Counted from the first letter of the stretch, positions 25,699 to 39,671 are shown. The stretch: 51,016 bases of DNA from Bigelowiella natans CCMP2755 (GCA_000320545.1 ADNK01001567.1:1-51016); one strand, 5' to 3'. Translations and numbers: made by a program. Notes: a model not told the origin generated them from the sequence alone.

Positions 25699-26286
25699 CT
25701 ATTTTCTCAGCGCGTCCTTATAATATATCCTCACAACCTGCAATGAATAAAAATTTCAACACAAATTAAAGATCTAAAACTTACTTTTGATAAAAATCAA
25801 ATATATCCGACAAAAGAAGCTTTCATGCCTATGTTTAAATAATTCCTTTCTGCTGATGCATAGAATCTCAGTACCAGCAATTCGTTCACGTACTCTTGAT
25901 AAAGATAAGATGCATGCGATGAGTTGGAGAGGATCAGAAACACATAGTACCAGTACCAGTGGTTCAGTTTCCTCGAAGACCATCCTCTGAATTAGCTTCA
26001 TCTAATGGAAAGAGTGGATGCGGTAGAAGTGATAGTAGCATAGTAGTTATGGAAAGAGAGAGAGAGAGAGGGGGGGGGGGGGGGGGGGGGGATGAGGGGG
26101 AGAGTGAGGTAGAGAAACATTGGCTCATTTCATCCATCAAACGTCAATTTTAGCTTCTTTATTGTTACCGAGTCATCTCCGCATCTCTTAGATATAACTT
26201 CGGCAAAGGATACGATGAATTCTTCTTTATCTAGGCATTCGTTCTTGATATTTTGTAGAGTATTAGATAGATAGATAGATAGATAG

Positions 26287-26329
<43 letters not shown>

Positions 26330-26675
26330 TGACGCTCAATGCGTATAAGAAGCGAATATAATGATTAATGCACAAGAAGGAAACTCAAGTATGATACATT
26401 GAAATTATATACACATATGTGTATTCGTCGCCTAACCCCATCGTTATCCATCTCCTCAAATAGCTTCTGCATATTCTTTTTTTTGCAGAGTGCAGCAAAA
26501 TAAGCTTTCATCCTCCTCATGCACGCCTTTCTGACGACCTTTAATCATCAAGATTTTATTATAAATGTTACACTCACTAGCTTAGGTATGTGTGATGCAT
26601 ATCCCGTGTTTTTCCCACCCCCCCCCCCCCCCCCCCTCCCCCCTTTCTCTCCTTCTCTTTCTCTCTCTCTCTCTA

Positions 26676-26752
<77 letters not shown>

Positions 26753-28668
26753 AAGTTTCTGTGGAAAAGCCTATTCCTGCTGCACCTTTCGAATCCTGGC
26801 GAGGCGTGTGCTTGCTCGCAAATTGCTATACTTTCGGTCCTTCGCTGTTGTTTGCCATCCGATTGTATTTTAATGTAAATTGATATCAAACCTTCACCAT
26901 AAATTTGATCTTCAGAGTTAGGCCTTTCTCAACCTATGAGACGCTGCATTCTTCGTTTCTCGATAACCCCAGCATATACAGGGACAGCGCGCTTGAAATA
27001 GTCCTGAAAACAACAATAGCAATAGGGATTATATAATAAACAGTTTAAAATATTTGTTGCTGCGTAGCATTCCAGCGAGAGACTTCCCGCTAGATTGAAA
27101 GCCAACAAGATGCAGCAGGTACTTGACTTCAAAGCAGTCTAGACATTTATCAAATCCCCACCTCTAGAATCATACCATCAGGACTTTCTATGATAACTTT
27201 CTTAAGCTGCATTTTACTCACCCGCATGAGCGAGAAGAGCTCTTTCTTCAACCGAGGAATGGAATGGTGAGTCGTGCGTTAAACAACAAATGAGTCTATG
27301 TTACTTATGACTGTATGATGCACGATGTCAAATAGCATGATGATGATAGTTAAAGGAAAATAGCGTGAATAGCATATCGGTGTGTTTGGTTCTGAGGCTT
27401 GAATATCCTCAATTTTGCTTTCGATCTTTAATTATAGAGGTGGGGCATTTCTTTCCAAACTTGGTACCTTGTCTAAGATGCCGTTACCGTCAATATCGTA
27501 TTCATCCCATATCATCTCTATTTTAAGAAATCTGTTAGGACACAACTTCCGTTTCACGCCATGTTCGGCTGAAAGTATCTTATGTTCTTGTCCTAGCAAG
27601 TGAGCTGGTGTGTTTAGCTTACGGAGTCTTGCTCGGAGTTGTCTTTTCTGATTGTTTAATATAAAATGAATTGCGATTGGTATCAATCTTTAGGTCTAAG
27701 ATGATTCCAATCAATAACGGCATCTTGGCATTTGTGAGTGTTAAATATTTGCTTTACATATTCTGTTTCCAGGGACAGAGACTCCTTCTCAATCTCCTCG
27801 TCAACCTGATCTATTAGCTTCCTGGAGAAGTAACAACAGCAGAGCGAAGTGACAGGCTATTAGTATTAATTCCAACGATTCTTGGATGTAAATGATTTAT
27901 GATCTCTCTGTTTAGCAATTTTTATCATCGAAATCATTGGTCGTCTTTGAACTGCAATCTAGTGCTATTTGACAGGTCGCAGCTTAACAGTATTTTTCAT
28001 TCTATTTTGTTGTTTTCGAAGTTTTTAATAAAGTTTTAAAAATGGGTTATGTCGCACTCGTCCCCCTCTCCATAATCTACTCGCTGGTATGCTTCGTCCA
28101 TACGTCTCTGACAGTATATCAAAATAGGAGAAGATGGAATGTAAATGATGAGCGAGATCTATCTAGCGGCTACTTTCCATTCGCGAGCTTTGTCTTTCTT
28201 CAACTTATCATATTCGGTTTTAAGAAGCATTTTCACCTATTTGACACACAGAAGTGGAAACAAGAGATGTTGCGAAGGGCCGGGAATGGGAGAGAGGAAA
28301 AAGACCGAAAAAGATTGTACTTTTTCTCATTGGAAAAAGGAAATAAACAAAAGGAAAAAGAGACAGCAATCTCGACTTGGATTTGGCAGATTTGGCATTT
28401 CCGCGGTAGAGATAGATGATTGGTTGATCGGAGTTTACTTACCGCCTTTTTGTCTTGGGTTCCATCGCCATTAACCTTACTGCCAGGGTGCAACGAGAGA
28501 ATAGTAGGATCCGACATCATTGGGTCTCCGTTTTCATCTCTATGGATAGATGAAGCTCCACATCCTTTCGCAATCAATTTAAGAGGATCAATATAATTAC
28601 CAAATAGTTATGGATGCTAACACGATTACTGAAACCAATTTGTTGGTATCTTTTGATCACTCACCCAT
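25699..28668 (-). CDS. EF-hand calcium-binding protein with an N-terminal MGCGAS acylation motif; 3' end approximate
   Basis: A 4-nt first coding exon ATGG|gtgagt splices to GA-TGT-GGA-GCT, giving MGCGASSIHRD. EF loops WDEYDIDGNGILDK and LFEEMDNDG|NECLDKEEF. Confidence 0.8.
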
Positions 28669-29255
28669 GTTCAAAAGTCTTGTCTTGGTAGTTCAATATT
28701 CTCTTTTTCAGTAAATTTTTGAGACCGTTTGCACCTCTTTCTGAACAATAGCAGCCAAGAACGTTTCTTGTTGGTCAATGCACGACTGTTAACTAATGAC
28801 GACGATCGAAAAAAATAGCGGCGCAAACAAAACTGTAAGAAAGAATCGCCTCTTACAAAGTCTTTTTAGTCTGTTGCTCGGACGTCGCGTTCAACAGGTG
28901 GTTCTACAATGCGCCTAAATATCAAAGCAGTCCCATTTGGACAATGAGAGCACTATCCCGAGTCAATAGAGAGGTTTCAAACTCGAAGCGAAATTGGCGG
29001 AGGGCAGAGGGCGGGGAGGAGGGAACTGTTCGTTGTTCTTCGGACGGGGAGGAGGAAAAGAGATAGCCATCAAATCTTCTTTCTCATCCGAAATCGGAAA
29101 TATTATTAGAAATTTCCTGAATTTCCCTTGTCGTTTTGTTAAAACGTAGGGGATTTATCAAAATATCTGATGAAAACCAGGAGCACGGTTTGCCAGCAGG
29201 CCGCGTGTTTGGCCAGAAACGGTCTGCACGCGTCAAAAACCGATCCGGGACAGAT

Positions 29256-29996
29256 ATGACGCCGGCCTCCTCCGCCCTCCTCCTGGCGCTGTGTTTCGCT
29301 TTCCTGCCAGGGGGGGCGCCATCATCCCTTGGCGTCAGTTGGGCTGGGAGGGTGCGTAGGGTCAAAGTTTGTAATCGGGTGATGGCTATCCGCGGGAGGT
29401 GGAGGCTCCGCCATTGTGGGGGAGAAAGAAGAAGAACGCTGCATAAAACTCACAATGGCCACCGTGTGTTTTCGATTGCTGATGACATCGAAAGAAAGGC
29501 GCAAGTCGAGCAGGGACCGTTCGAGGTTAGTGATTGAATTTTGAAGGAATTCTAAGATACAAAATTAGTGAAGTGTTACCCTGTAATTTGTATTGTTTTT
29601 GGTGCCTGTTTGTTCCAGAGATATCCGTCCGGTCTTTCGTTTGAGATCGCAGTCAACCTTGTTCAAGTATAGAAGAACAATACCGTTTCTCACCCTCTTT
29701 GCATCTAACCATTCCTCTCTATACGTGATTAAATTAATGTAGAACACATAATGGTAGTGTATACACATGCATATAATATGTATTTGTGTGCAACCCAAAG
29801 CGGCACAATATCTCAAGCTCATATAGTAGCGGGAGGCTGTCGTTGAATCCTGTTTTTGTGTTGGATGTGCGCTCATATTTGAACACTCGTAGAGAGGGCT
29901 TCAAGACTCCGAATGGCTGGGTTGCATTCATCGGCATCCAGACGTGAATCGCCACTTCAGAGAAAAGTCAGCAAGCGACTCAAAATACTGTCTCTG

Positions 29997-30041
<45 letters not shown>

Positions 30042-31637
30042 ATGATTCATAGAACACACATATACATTCTAGTTGTAACTTGTATATGCACATTTAGAGT
30101 AATCGCAACCGTCGTCGTTTTCATCATTATTATCATCAGCATCGGTGCCTATCCCCGCGTTAACATCAAGTGAGACATGTTGTTTTGTAGATGTCTACGA
30201 CTTGATTCAAAGGGGATTACAAATGAGGACGACTGCCGAAGAATGTGCGTACGACTTCAACATATTTTACAACTCCAAAGCATGTTTATCAAAAGCTAAC
30301 GATCCTTTTCCTTCCGCTTCTTTTAAATGAACGTAATTGCGAATGTCCTGTCTATATTTTGGCTACTGGAATAGATAAGCAAGCGGTGCCTTTGGTGCTT
30401 GTGGCAAATATATTCGTTTCTGCCACAGTGTGCTGCCATGCTGCAGTTCCAAAGATTACATGTCTATGGTCAGGTATATGACTAAGGAAAATGAGGTCAT
30501 CTTGACATCGAATGACGGCGATGACTCCTCCGCAGGCGCTTTGTCATTGGTACTTCAACAGGCTGGAGATAGATATGACCCTCGCCGAATCTATGATTAG
30601 CTATACGATGTTAAGATGGTACAAAGGAAGCTCCTTTACCATCGTATTCAACGTTTCCCTTCTTTGCCTCCTCTCACTCGCCAACCGCCCCCATCTCATC
30701 AGTACGTGTCGTCCAATGAGTTCCCGTACCATTGGGAGGAAGGTTTGAGGCATTTGCTTATATGGACTGATGACGAGGTAGTAGTGCCTCTCCCACTAGC
30801 TCCTTATCACGTCATTCGATAGGATGATACTTGCACCCACGCTGCTATTTGATTAAACAAACGCACACGCGCAATAAAACATGATATACTTATACACATG
30901 CACGCGTGCGCACACACAAACACAAACACAAACACACACACGCACACACACACAGAAATACACAAATATAGTATACGCTTTATCAATTCAGAAAAGTATA
31001 GGAATCAACGAATTCTGTCAGGTGAGAAATCCGACAATATCAGAGACTCTGACGTTAAACGAAGGGGTGCCCTCCACGCCTGAGCATGCATGTAGAGTTA
31101 TTCTGCAGCACCTCTCCCCCAGTGAAGTAATTAACATGTCGTTGCTACTATTTGTGCTAATCTCAAATCAATAAGGCCGCTGTCTCCAAGTTTCCAACTG
31201 GATATGAGATGGTTGGACAAATGCACTTTCTCCCATACTCCCCTCTTATGCTCACTCTCACCCACCCTCCCGATTGAATGCAGGGATCAGTCCTTTCGTC
31301 ATGGTTGCTCTTGTGCTGATACAAGCCAATGTGGCATTTCTCTTAGGTCTTATGGGTCAACGACATGTCGATGCGCTCGATTCCTGGTCAATCAATCAAT
31401 CCACCATCATCCTCGTCTTTCATTATCCCAAGTTCGGCTTATTTCCGCCATCTCGTACACCAATAAGTCGTCCACTTTGCTATCGTTGCTATCACCGACT
31501 GAATAGATGCTGCAAACGCTATGGCTGCTTTGATATGTTCGGACTAGGGATTTTGCACGCACATTTACTGCTGAAACCTTACAGCAATGAGCCGGTAAGA
31601 TTATGTGCTACGTCTTATCATATTTGGGTGCAATTAT

Positions 31638-31672
<35 letters not shown>

Positions 31673-31907
31673 TCTCTTTCTCTCTTTCTCTTTACGTACC
31701 TATAGCATGGTTCTCTCTCTTTCTCTCTTTCTCTCTTTCTCTCTACGTACCCATATCACGGTTGTAATTGTTTTTGGTCAGGGCACTGGAAGCAACGGCG
31801 TTGATAGTAACCTAGAAAGCATGCAAACCAGGGTTGGGCAGGACACAATAAGTGACATGCGCCAAAGTAGTAGTAGGATAATTGCAGCCTCATACATGAC
31901 GACCTAG
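29256..31907 (+). CDS. DUF3605-like (GIG1-type, HIT-like HxH) protein with a putative bipartite plastid-targeting leader
   Basis: Exon 1 MTPASSALLLALCFAFLPGG (signal-peptide-like) followed by an Arg-rich segment. Exon 30703-30777 YVSSNEFPYHWEEGLRHLLIWTDDE resembles the DUF3605 N.(W/F)PY....I.H.V.W motif; exon from 31548 GILHAHLLLKP supplies the HxH. Family assignment is from recalled motifs. Confidence 0.65.
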
Positions 31908-32113
31908 GTAGATTATTGGAGAGTTCATAGGGATTGTTCTTGTGGTGTGTATACGTGGAGTGCATTGCAATAGCTGGTAGGGAATGGTCAGCCATCTTGT
32001 TGGTGCATGCAATGCAAAGAAAAGAGAATATTGATTGCCGCGTACTCAATATGTGTGTTTTATGCGCTGTTACATACTAATATAATGTATGCATTTATCA
32101 CCGAATGATGTAT

Positions 32114-32149
<36 letters not shown>

Positions 32150-32644
32150 GCATATCTAGATATAATCGTTCAAGTTTAGTGCATGTCTAGATGTGTGTAT
32201 ATAGGCGCACTCACGTACATGTAGATATGTGATGCACATATACAGAGTTTGTTTAGCTGTAATCAGTACGCGTTACATTACATCTCGCATGCTGGCATGC
32301 GCCACAAAGTTATCAGTGTCGGGCACGTAATACTTATCAAGAGATCTACATCACGTACATGCCTAGCACTTATTAGTTAATCAGTTGCACTGTGCGTGCG
32401 TTAGCCGTGTGTTAAAAAGTGCGATGCAACGTACGTGACGAGCGCTGACTGTGCTTTGCATTGATGCTAGTACAAGAACAACAGCGATATGTGCGTCCCA
32501 GCGACATCAAATATAGATTTTGGCAATGTTACTTTAAATAATTGTGGAATGAGCTCTTACAATTGAAACTGCTTTGCATGCAGGTGCTGCGACTTCCAAT
32601 ATACAAATTTAAAATTCAATACTTGAACCCCGTAGCACATTCCA

Positions 32645-33656
32645 TTACCGAAACAGCTTCAATTGTCGAAGATGCGGTTGGACTAGTTTCCTTCGCATCG
32701 GCCTTACTGCAAGGCATGTCGGAATCTTCTCTGGCTCCTCCACCTGCGATAGAACGAGAAAAGGGCAATGGCGCCACAAGAAGAGTGAGGTCGCAGAAAA
32801 TTATTGGTTATTTAAACGGTCGGCTGGAGTAGTTTTAATGGCAAATAAAATGTCAACCCATAGGTGATGAGGTATCTCTTCATCTTCTAACAACTTTGCT
32901 ATACTCTTCAATTCCTCTTCAGAGCTTGCAGCCAAGGTAACCTATCAGAATGCGGCTTAGAAGACGGATCGCATGTACGCTGCCTAGACCGTGTGAGATT
33001 CATTACAAGGACGACGACCGTGTGCATTTGTTGAGGATTTTCTGGCGAAGTGTATTCTTTGACATCAGGATCATCCGACCCACGTGCGATAGCTGCAATC
33101 GATGCTGATAATGCATTCATAAATGTGTATTTCATTTTCAGATTATTACCAACGCCCGCATACAGTACGGCTTCAAATCAATTCGCGGAGACCGCATGGC
33201 TTACCATGGCATGCATTGGAGATGACGCTGCCCCACGACCACCGCAATGGCTTCTAGTGTATCGTTTTCATGTAGGAAAGTCAAATTATCTTGATTGCAA
33301 GAGGATGATGACTTCGAACAGACCTTGGTGAGGTCTTTTCTTATCACAATGTACTGCACGATAACATCCTCCTTTTCTCTCTTTTTGCCGTCTTCATCTG
33401 CCGATGCGCCCTTGCCATTGTCTTTTTTTACCAATGAAGACGGCGCTTGCAAGGGCGCTGAAAATTAGTTATATAGTAGGAGCAGTAGACTATGTTCTTT
33501 GATGTCCGTGGTATTCATGAAGAGCAAGGAGGAGAATGGCATTTTGTGTAGTTCCACTGTCTAACTTTAATCAGTAAATCAACAACCCTCACTCCCAGAA
33601 ACCGCCTGGCGCAACTCAGGTTCATTCGAAGTTGTAATGGCCACGCGCGACGTCAT
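32645..33656 (-). CDS. PTRHD1: PTRHD1-like peptidyl-tRNA hydrolase (Pth2-type fold); start codon tentative
   Basis: Exons IVQYIVIRKDLTK, WSWGSVISNACH, ASIAAIARGSDDPDVKEYTSPENPQQMHTVV, EIPHHLWV and EEPEKIPTCLAVRPMRRKLVQPHLRQLKLFR*. Confidence 0.88.
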
Positions 33657-34077
33657 TAAGTTCGGAAGGAGGAGCCGGGTGATGGCCTTCGACAACCTAA
33701 ATCTAAATTCTTCATTCTGAAAATTTTCAAGGGATCAAAAATGGCATTCTTCTTTGGTATGCGACAAGATGTCATGAGAATAACGCGTAACAAAACCTCC
33801 TACAGCCGGAGCCGTCAGAATTTCATTTTGTCAAAAATGCCTAAAATGCTTTTCTAAGGATCTGTATGAGTTCTGGAGACTCTCTTGAGAGGTATCTTTC
33901 AAAAAAAGCGAATCTTTTCCCGCAAAAATAAATTGCCTTTGTTTTGGATGAAATTGTTGGAAAATGTGTTGTCTTACCATTTGAATCCCCCTAGAGATTG
34001 GAGCACGAAATGGCTGCCAAAAGCCGGCACTCTCTTGAGCCTTGAAGTGCCGCTCATACAAAACTCCAACTGCAAAA
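33657..34077. promoter_or_regulatory. Putative bidirectional promoter between PTRHD1 (-) and WRNIP1 (+)
   Basis: About 420-bp divergent spacer with A/T tracts. Inferred from position only. Confidence 0.5.
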
Positions 34078-35648
34078 ATGTGGAGGGGTCTGGGCTCGGG
34101 AATTTCCCATTGCCCTGGATGTAATAAACTTATACCTTATCACAGGTAAATCTTTGTGTTGGTAGGATAAGTGAGTGTGTGCGTGCATGCTCGGTTCAGG
34201 CCTCTGTTGATGTAGCATTGACCCCGTACACACATTTTGTTCCTCACCAATAGCAGTCTTTCCCAACTTGTAAATTAATAATGAACGTCTATCAAATGAA
34301 GGATGAATCAGCATCTTGACCAAGAATGCCCCAACTTCGAGCGCCCTGCTAAGAAAGCAAGAAGAGAGCAACGTCACCAGCCAGGTATTCTTAAGTACTA
34401 GCAAAAACCACAGCACCATCAACATTGTTGAAGCCTTAGAACACGAACACAACTGGCCACCTTCATCTTAAAAAAAAATTACTGCAATTTTTTCACCATC
34501 GTCTCTCTTTGGAACGAAAAGGCGGTCGTCAAAGGAAGCGCAGCTCGAAGCAGATGACTATCTCTTTCGGCCAGGTATGCTGATGATAACCATACATCGA
34601 TACTTATTTGGGAGGTAGAGTAGGCGGGGAAGGAGATGGTGGGTGAGGAAGTAACTGAGTCTATTCATTTCGGCAGAAGGGGTTTTCAAACTCCCAGCCT
34701 GGAGCAAGTAGCAGCGAACAGCACAAAAAGGAGACGGCGGCAGCATATGATAGCAGCCACGGTAGCCCATTCGCCACGTCGATGAGCAGCATCGGTTCAT
34801 CAAGTATTTGTTCAACGCCGTCGTCGAAACGGATGTCTTCCTCGGCAAGAGGAAACGATAACCCATATCTAGACGGTAAAGGAGTAGCACCAGCCGCCAT
34901 TTTTGCCGTACCGAAGAAGAAGCAGGTCAATACAAGTGAGCATGACCCACAGCAAGCTCATGGATCCAAGAGGATGAGGAGTGTTGCCTCTATTTCCAGT
35001 CACAATTCATCGCATTCCATTGCCCAACGACCGAAGAAGTCAAAAATGCAGCAGCCCTTGGCGGAGCGCATGCGCCCGCGAAAGCTTGCAGATGTCATCG
35101 GCCAAGAGGTGATGACAATCGATGCCTCTCTCTGTGATGATGGTGATGGTGATGATGGTGATGGTGATGGTGATGATGGTGAGTATTGAAGTACTGATGC
35201 TGCTGGTGATATTGGGCATTGAAGTACTGCTAAGATCAATTCTGGATTTTACCCTCGTATGATAGCTACCCCCAGCCCTTCAGATGTGTTGTTTTCCTGG
35301 CCCCTTTCCTCTTTCATTCGTGTTCTGCGGCAATGCTTTGTTTCCTACAGGAGGTTGTGGCAGAAGACAGCATTCTCCGTCCTTTAATCAGCTCCTTCTC
35401 CTCCTCCTTCCAATCGAACGTCCGGCACCATCTTCCCAGCCTCATCCTTTTCGGCCCGCCAGGGGTGGGGAAGACAACACTGGCAAGGCTGATAGCAGAT
35501 GAGGCATCCCATAGGTTTGTGGAGATATCTGCGGCCTCCTGCTCCTCCAAGGACGTCAAACAAGAGATAGAAAGAGCGCGTGGCATTAGGAAGCTTAGCC
35601 GGCAGCAGACCGTTTTGTTCGTCGATGAGATTCACAGGTAGTCGTAGC

Positions 35649-35682
<34 letters not shown>

Positions 35683-35707
35683 AGAGTAGCACCTCTGTTT
35701 TCTCTCG

Positions 35708-35753
<46 letters not shown>

Positions 35754-35805
35754 CCTCTTTCTCTTTCTCCCCTTTCGCGTGTGAGAACACACACCCCCCC
35801 CCACC

Positions 35806-35844
<39 letters not shown>

Positions 35845-36064
35845 TAATATATATTTAATATGCATGTATGTATGGCGTCTGTCTGCAAATATTTGTAAAC
35901 TTCGCGATTCGTCGGGTTTATTCCCCGACATATGAATAAGTTCCAAAAGTAAGGATCCAACCAAGGCGCCTTTGAGACTACAACCAAGTTTCTCTTGCTG
36001 CTGCTTAGTAGGATCTTCTTTCCGACAAATCATCGGCCATGTTCTCCATTTATATATGTATATG

Positions 36065-36112
<48 letters not shown>

Positions 36113-36959
36113 CCATAGTCGTTCATTCCGTGCTTATTTGGCAGGTTTAACAAGCTGCAGCAGGACACATTTCTCCCTCACCTGGAATCTGGCCTTATCG
36201 TACTCATTGGAGCTACGACGCAAAACCCTTCCTTTGAGCTAACACGAGCACTCCTCTCACGCGTAAGAGTTGTGGAGCTCAAGCCCTTGACTTCTGAGGC
36301 GATAGTTTCGATTCTACAGCGTGCATTGAAGGACCGACAAAACGGCCTCGGTTCGTGTCCAGTACGGTTTCGAATCTCTGATGATAAAGACGGAGGAGAT
36401 CGCGGCAGAGAAAGTAAGAAAGAGGGGGAGGACAAAACGCAGCAGCAGCAGGAGGAGGAGGAGGATGATAGGAACGCACAACTTAGAGAAGGAGAGCAAC
36501 CCTCCCCCCATCACATCGCTGATGATGATACTGCGAAGCAAATACCATTCGGAGAGGAGGGTAGGGTTAAAACGGCATCTGGAGAGAGGAAGGCTACACG
36601 TAGCAGTGGGATGACGACACGAACAAAGCAAAGGGAGGACGGGGGGGGAAAGGCAGAAGATGTAAGCAATAAACAGAGCTCCTCTAACACCGACAACGAT
36701 GGGACTGCTGCTGCTGGCACTGCCACTACTACTTTCTCTACTTCTCCTCCTCCTCCTCCTCAGAGCAGCATGGCTGTTTTGCTGTGCTCTGTCACTGCTA
36801 CGAGGAAGGGCGTTCGCCTCCCAAGGGGCTCCAACCCTACTGTATCGACGGTGCATCAGCTGAAACAATGCATCGAAGGCAAATATGGTTCGTGACGTCA
36901 GAAGAGTGTGCACATGCTCATAATAGCAATAACCTTATCTTTATCAGAGTGAAGAGTAT

Positions 36960-37009
<50 letters not shown>

Positions 37010-37685
37010 CCGCTCACTTCTTATGCTAAACCTTACCCTCAACCCCCCCCCCCCCACTCCTCCTCCACTATGCAGGCATCGCTGCTTGGAGGCAGCGACT
37101 GATTTACATGGGTAGGGAGCTTAAGGAGGACGAGAAAACGCTCTCAGAATACGCAATTTCGTCCAATGACTGTGCTATGCACATTGTTCTTCGAGACACC
37201 CCCAGCATCTCCGCATTCGCGGACTACATTTCTCGAGAAGACAGCGAGGAGGGGGGGGGGGGTATCTCGGAATGTGAGGACGGGGATGGCGATGAGGGGG
37301 GCACGTTTGGCGAGGAAAGGTTCGAAGATCAAGAACACGAAGACGGTTTGAAAGAGGAGGAAGAAGAAGAGGGGGAGGATGATGACGAAATGCCTCTTTC
37401 GCCCACGTACGACTTTCCCAATCAAACAAGCTATGATTCCTTGCCTGGCAGTGCTGATGGTGATGGCGCTACCTCTACAACGGGGTTGCAGTCAAATGCG
37501 CCGCCGCAAAAGGTTTTAGCAGCCTCCTGAGAGAATATGTACTGAAAAGAAGAAGAAGAAGGGGGAAAAATAAAGAGGGAGAGGGAGGGGGGAGGAGAAA
37601 GAAGGGGCACTTTCTTAGTTTCCTTGATTTTGTAACAAATGGAAAAAACTCCCAGGAAAGTGAATATGTAAGGACATTGCATATC

Positions 37686-37728
<43 letters not shown>

Positions 37729-39634
37729 TTAGATGTACAAATATTAAGTTTTGAAATATTAATATATTGTTCCCTGTGGCGCAAATTCTTACTCTGTAGC
37801 AAACTAGATAACCATAGATATTTTTAATTTACGTGCGAAGTTCTACGCAAACGGGCGATGCTCACCGCCAAACAATATCTCTAATTAGTAGCTTCTTCAT
37901 TTCCTCTTCCTCTTCTTCTTTTACCTTTTGCCCCTGCTTCAATCGCCCCCCCCCCCCATCCAGGAAGACCCTCGAAACAAGGGGCAGGAAGCTACTTTGG
38001 CAAAACCTATAGAAACTTTGACAAATGGACGACAACTGCCATCGTCGCAGCCATCCTCGTCGTCATCTTCTTCCCCTACATCAATCAATGCTCGGGATAA
38101 GATTCTCTCCTTTATTGCACGGTTAACTGTAAATACTACAGTAGATATGAATATTTCCCTTTCTTTCATTCCCCCCCCTCCCCCCTCCCCTATCCGACTA
38201 CATCTTTGCATGTTACATAGTGCCGAATTGCTCAATTTATTTTCTATTGGCTCTCTCGTTACTCGCCCATCGTAGTCGTAATTATGGCCATCACCATCAT
38301 CATCATCATCATCATCACCATCATCACCCCCACCACCATCATCATCATTACCACCATCTCATCGTAGGTCCTCTGGTGGGGACGCTCGCTCAGCGCTGAA
38401 CATCCTGGAACTAGCAGTCTCCATAGCACAGTCACGAGGCAGGAGAGCAAATGCCAGGAGCAGCAGTACCAATGACGAGGAAGGCCAGAGCAGAGACACG
38501 CCAACCAAACACCAGAATAATAACAGTAATAATGACAATAATGATGAAAATGGCAACGATGATAATAATGGCGGGCCATCGTCATTAATACCATCATCGT
38601 TATCATCATCATCATCATCATCATCACAATCCTCATCCCAGTCATCGTTGTTATCGTCTCCTTCACCTCCTTCAACCACAACACAACAAGAAGACGCTCA
38701 CCAGCAGCACGCGATCATCATCGTAAGCATGAAGGACGCTGCAAGAGCTGCTCAACGTAGTCAGGGGGGGTACCACGACAAGAGGGGGGATTCCCACTAC
38801 AGCCTCATCTCGGCATTGCACAAATCGATGAGGTGAGCAGATGCTTTTCTTAATAACTCATAGGTTATTTGTTTGGGTTCATCATCATCATCAGCAGCAG
38901 CAGCAGCAGCAACAACAACAACAACAACAACAACATCAACATGATCATCACCCCCCTCGCCTCTCATCGTTATGCTAATGAATGGCCTCCGTGCACCGTT
39001 ATAATAGCCCTTCCCTGTCTTCTAATCTCTGCCAGGGGTTCCGATATCGACGCTTCGCTGTATTATCTTGGTCGTATGCTGATGGGCGGCGACAAGCCAT
39101 TGTACATAGCACGCAGGTATTCTCCCAATGGCCTACCGGCCCCTCCATCACAGCCAACAACATCTATCATCATCACCATCACCATCATCATCATCATCAT
39201 CATCATCATTATCATCACTATCATCATCGTGCTGGCCGATTCGGCACAGTGTAAGTGTAAATTTTCGCGAGAACATCAACGGCTTTCGCCTCTGCGGGGC
39301 AGGGGTAGAGGGCCATGTAGCATTAGCATTGACCTCCTAGAATTGCGCGGTCATGGATGGTAGAACGCGTTTCTTACTTCTGCCCCTCTGTTAATCGCAA
39401 CCGCTTTGCAGCTAGCTGTTTCAACGTGACTGCACTCTTCTACAATCTACTCATTTCTTCATTTTTCAACCAAACAACGGCGACAACAAACCACCACACG
39501 AAAAAGGTTGATACGATTCGCCAGTGAGGACGTTGGAATGGGGGACCCCTCGGCTCTTGTCCAGGCTGTGAGTGCGTACCAAGCTTGCCACTTCGTCGGC
39601 ATGCCTGAGTGCGAGCTTTCCCTTGCACAGGTAT

Positions 39635-39671
<37 letters not shown>

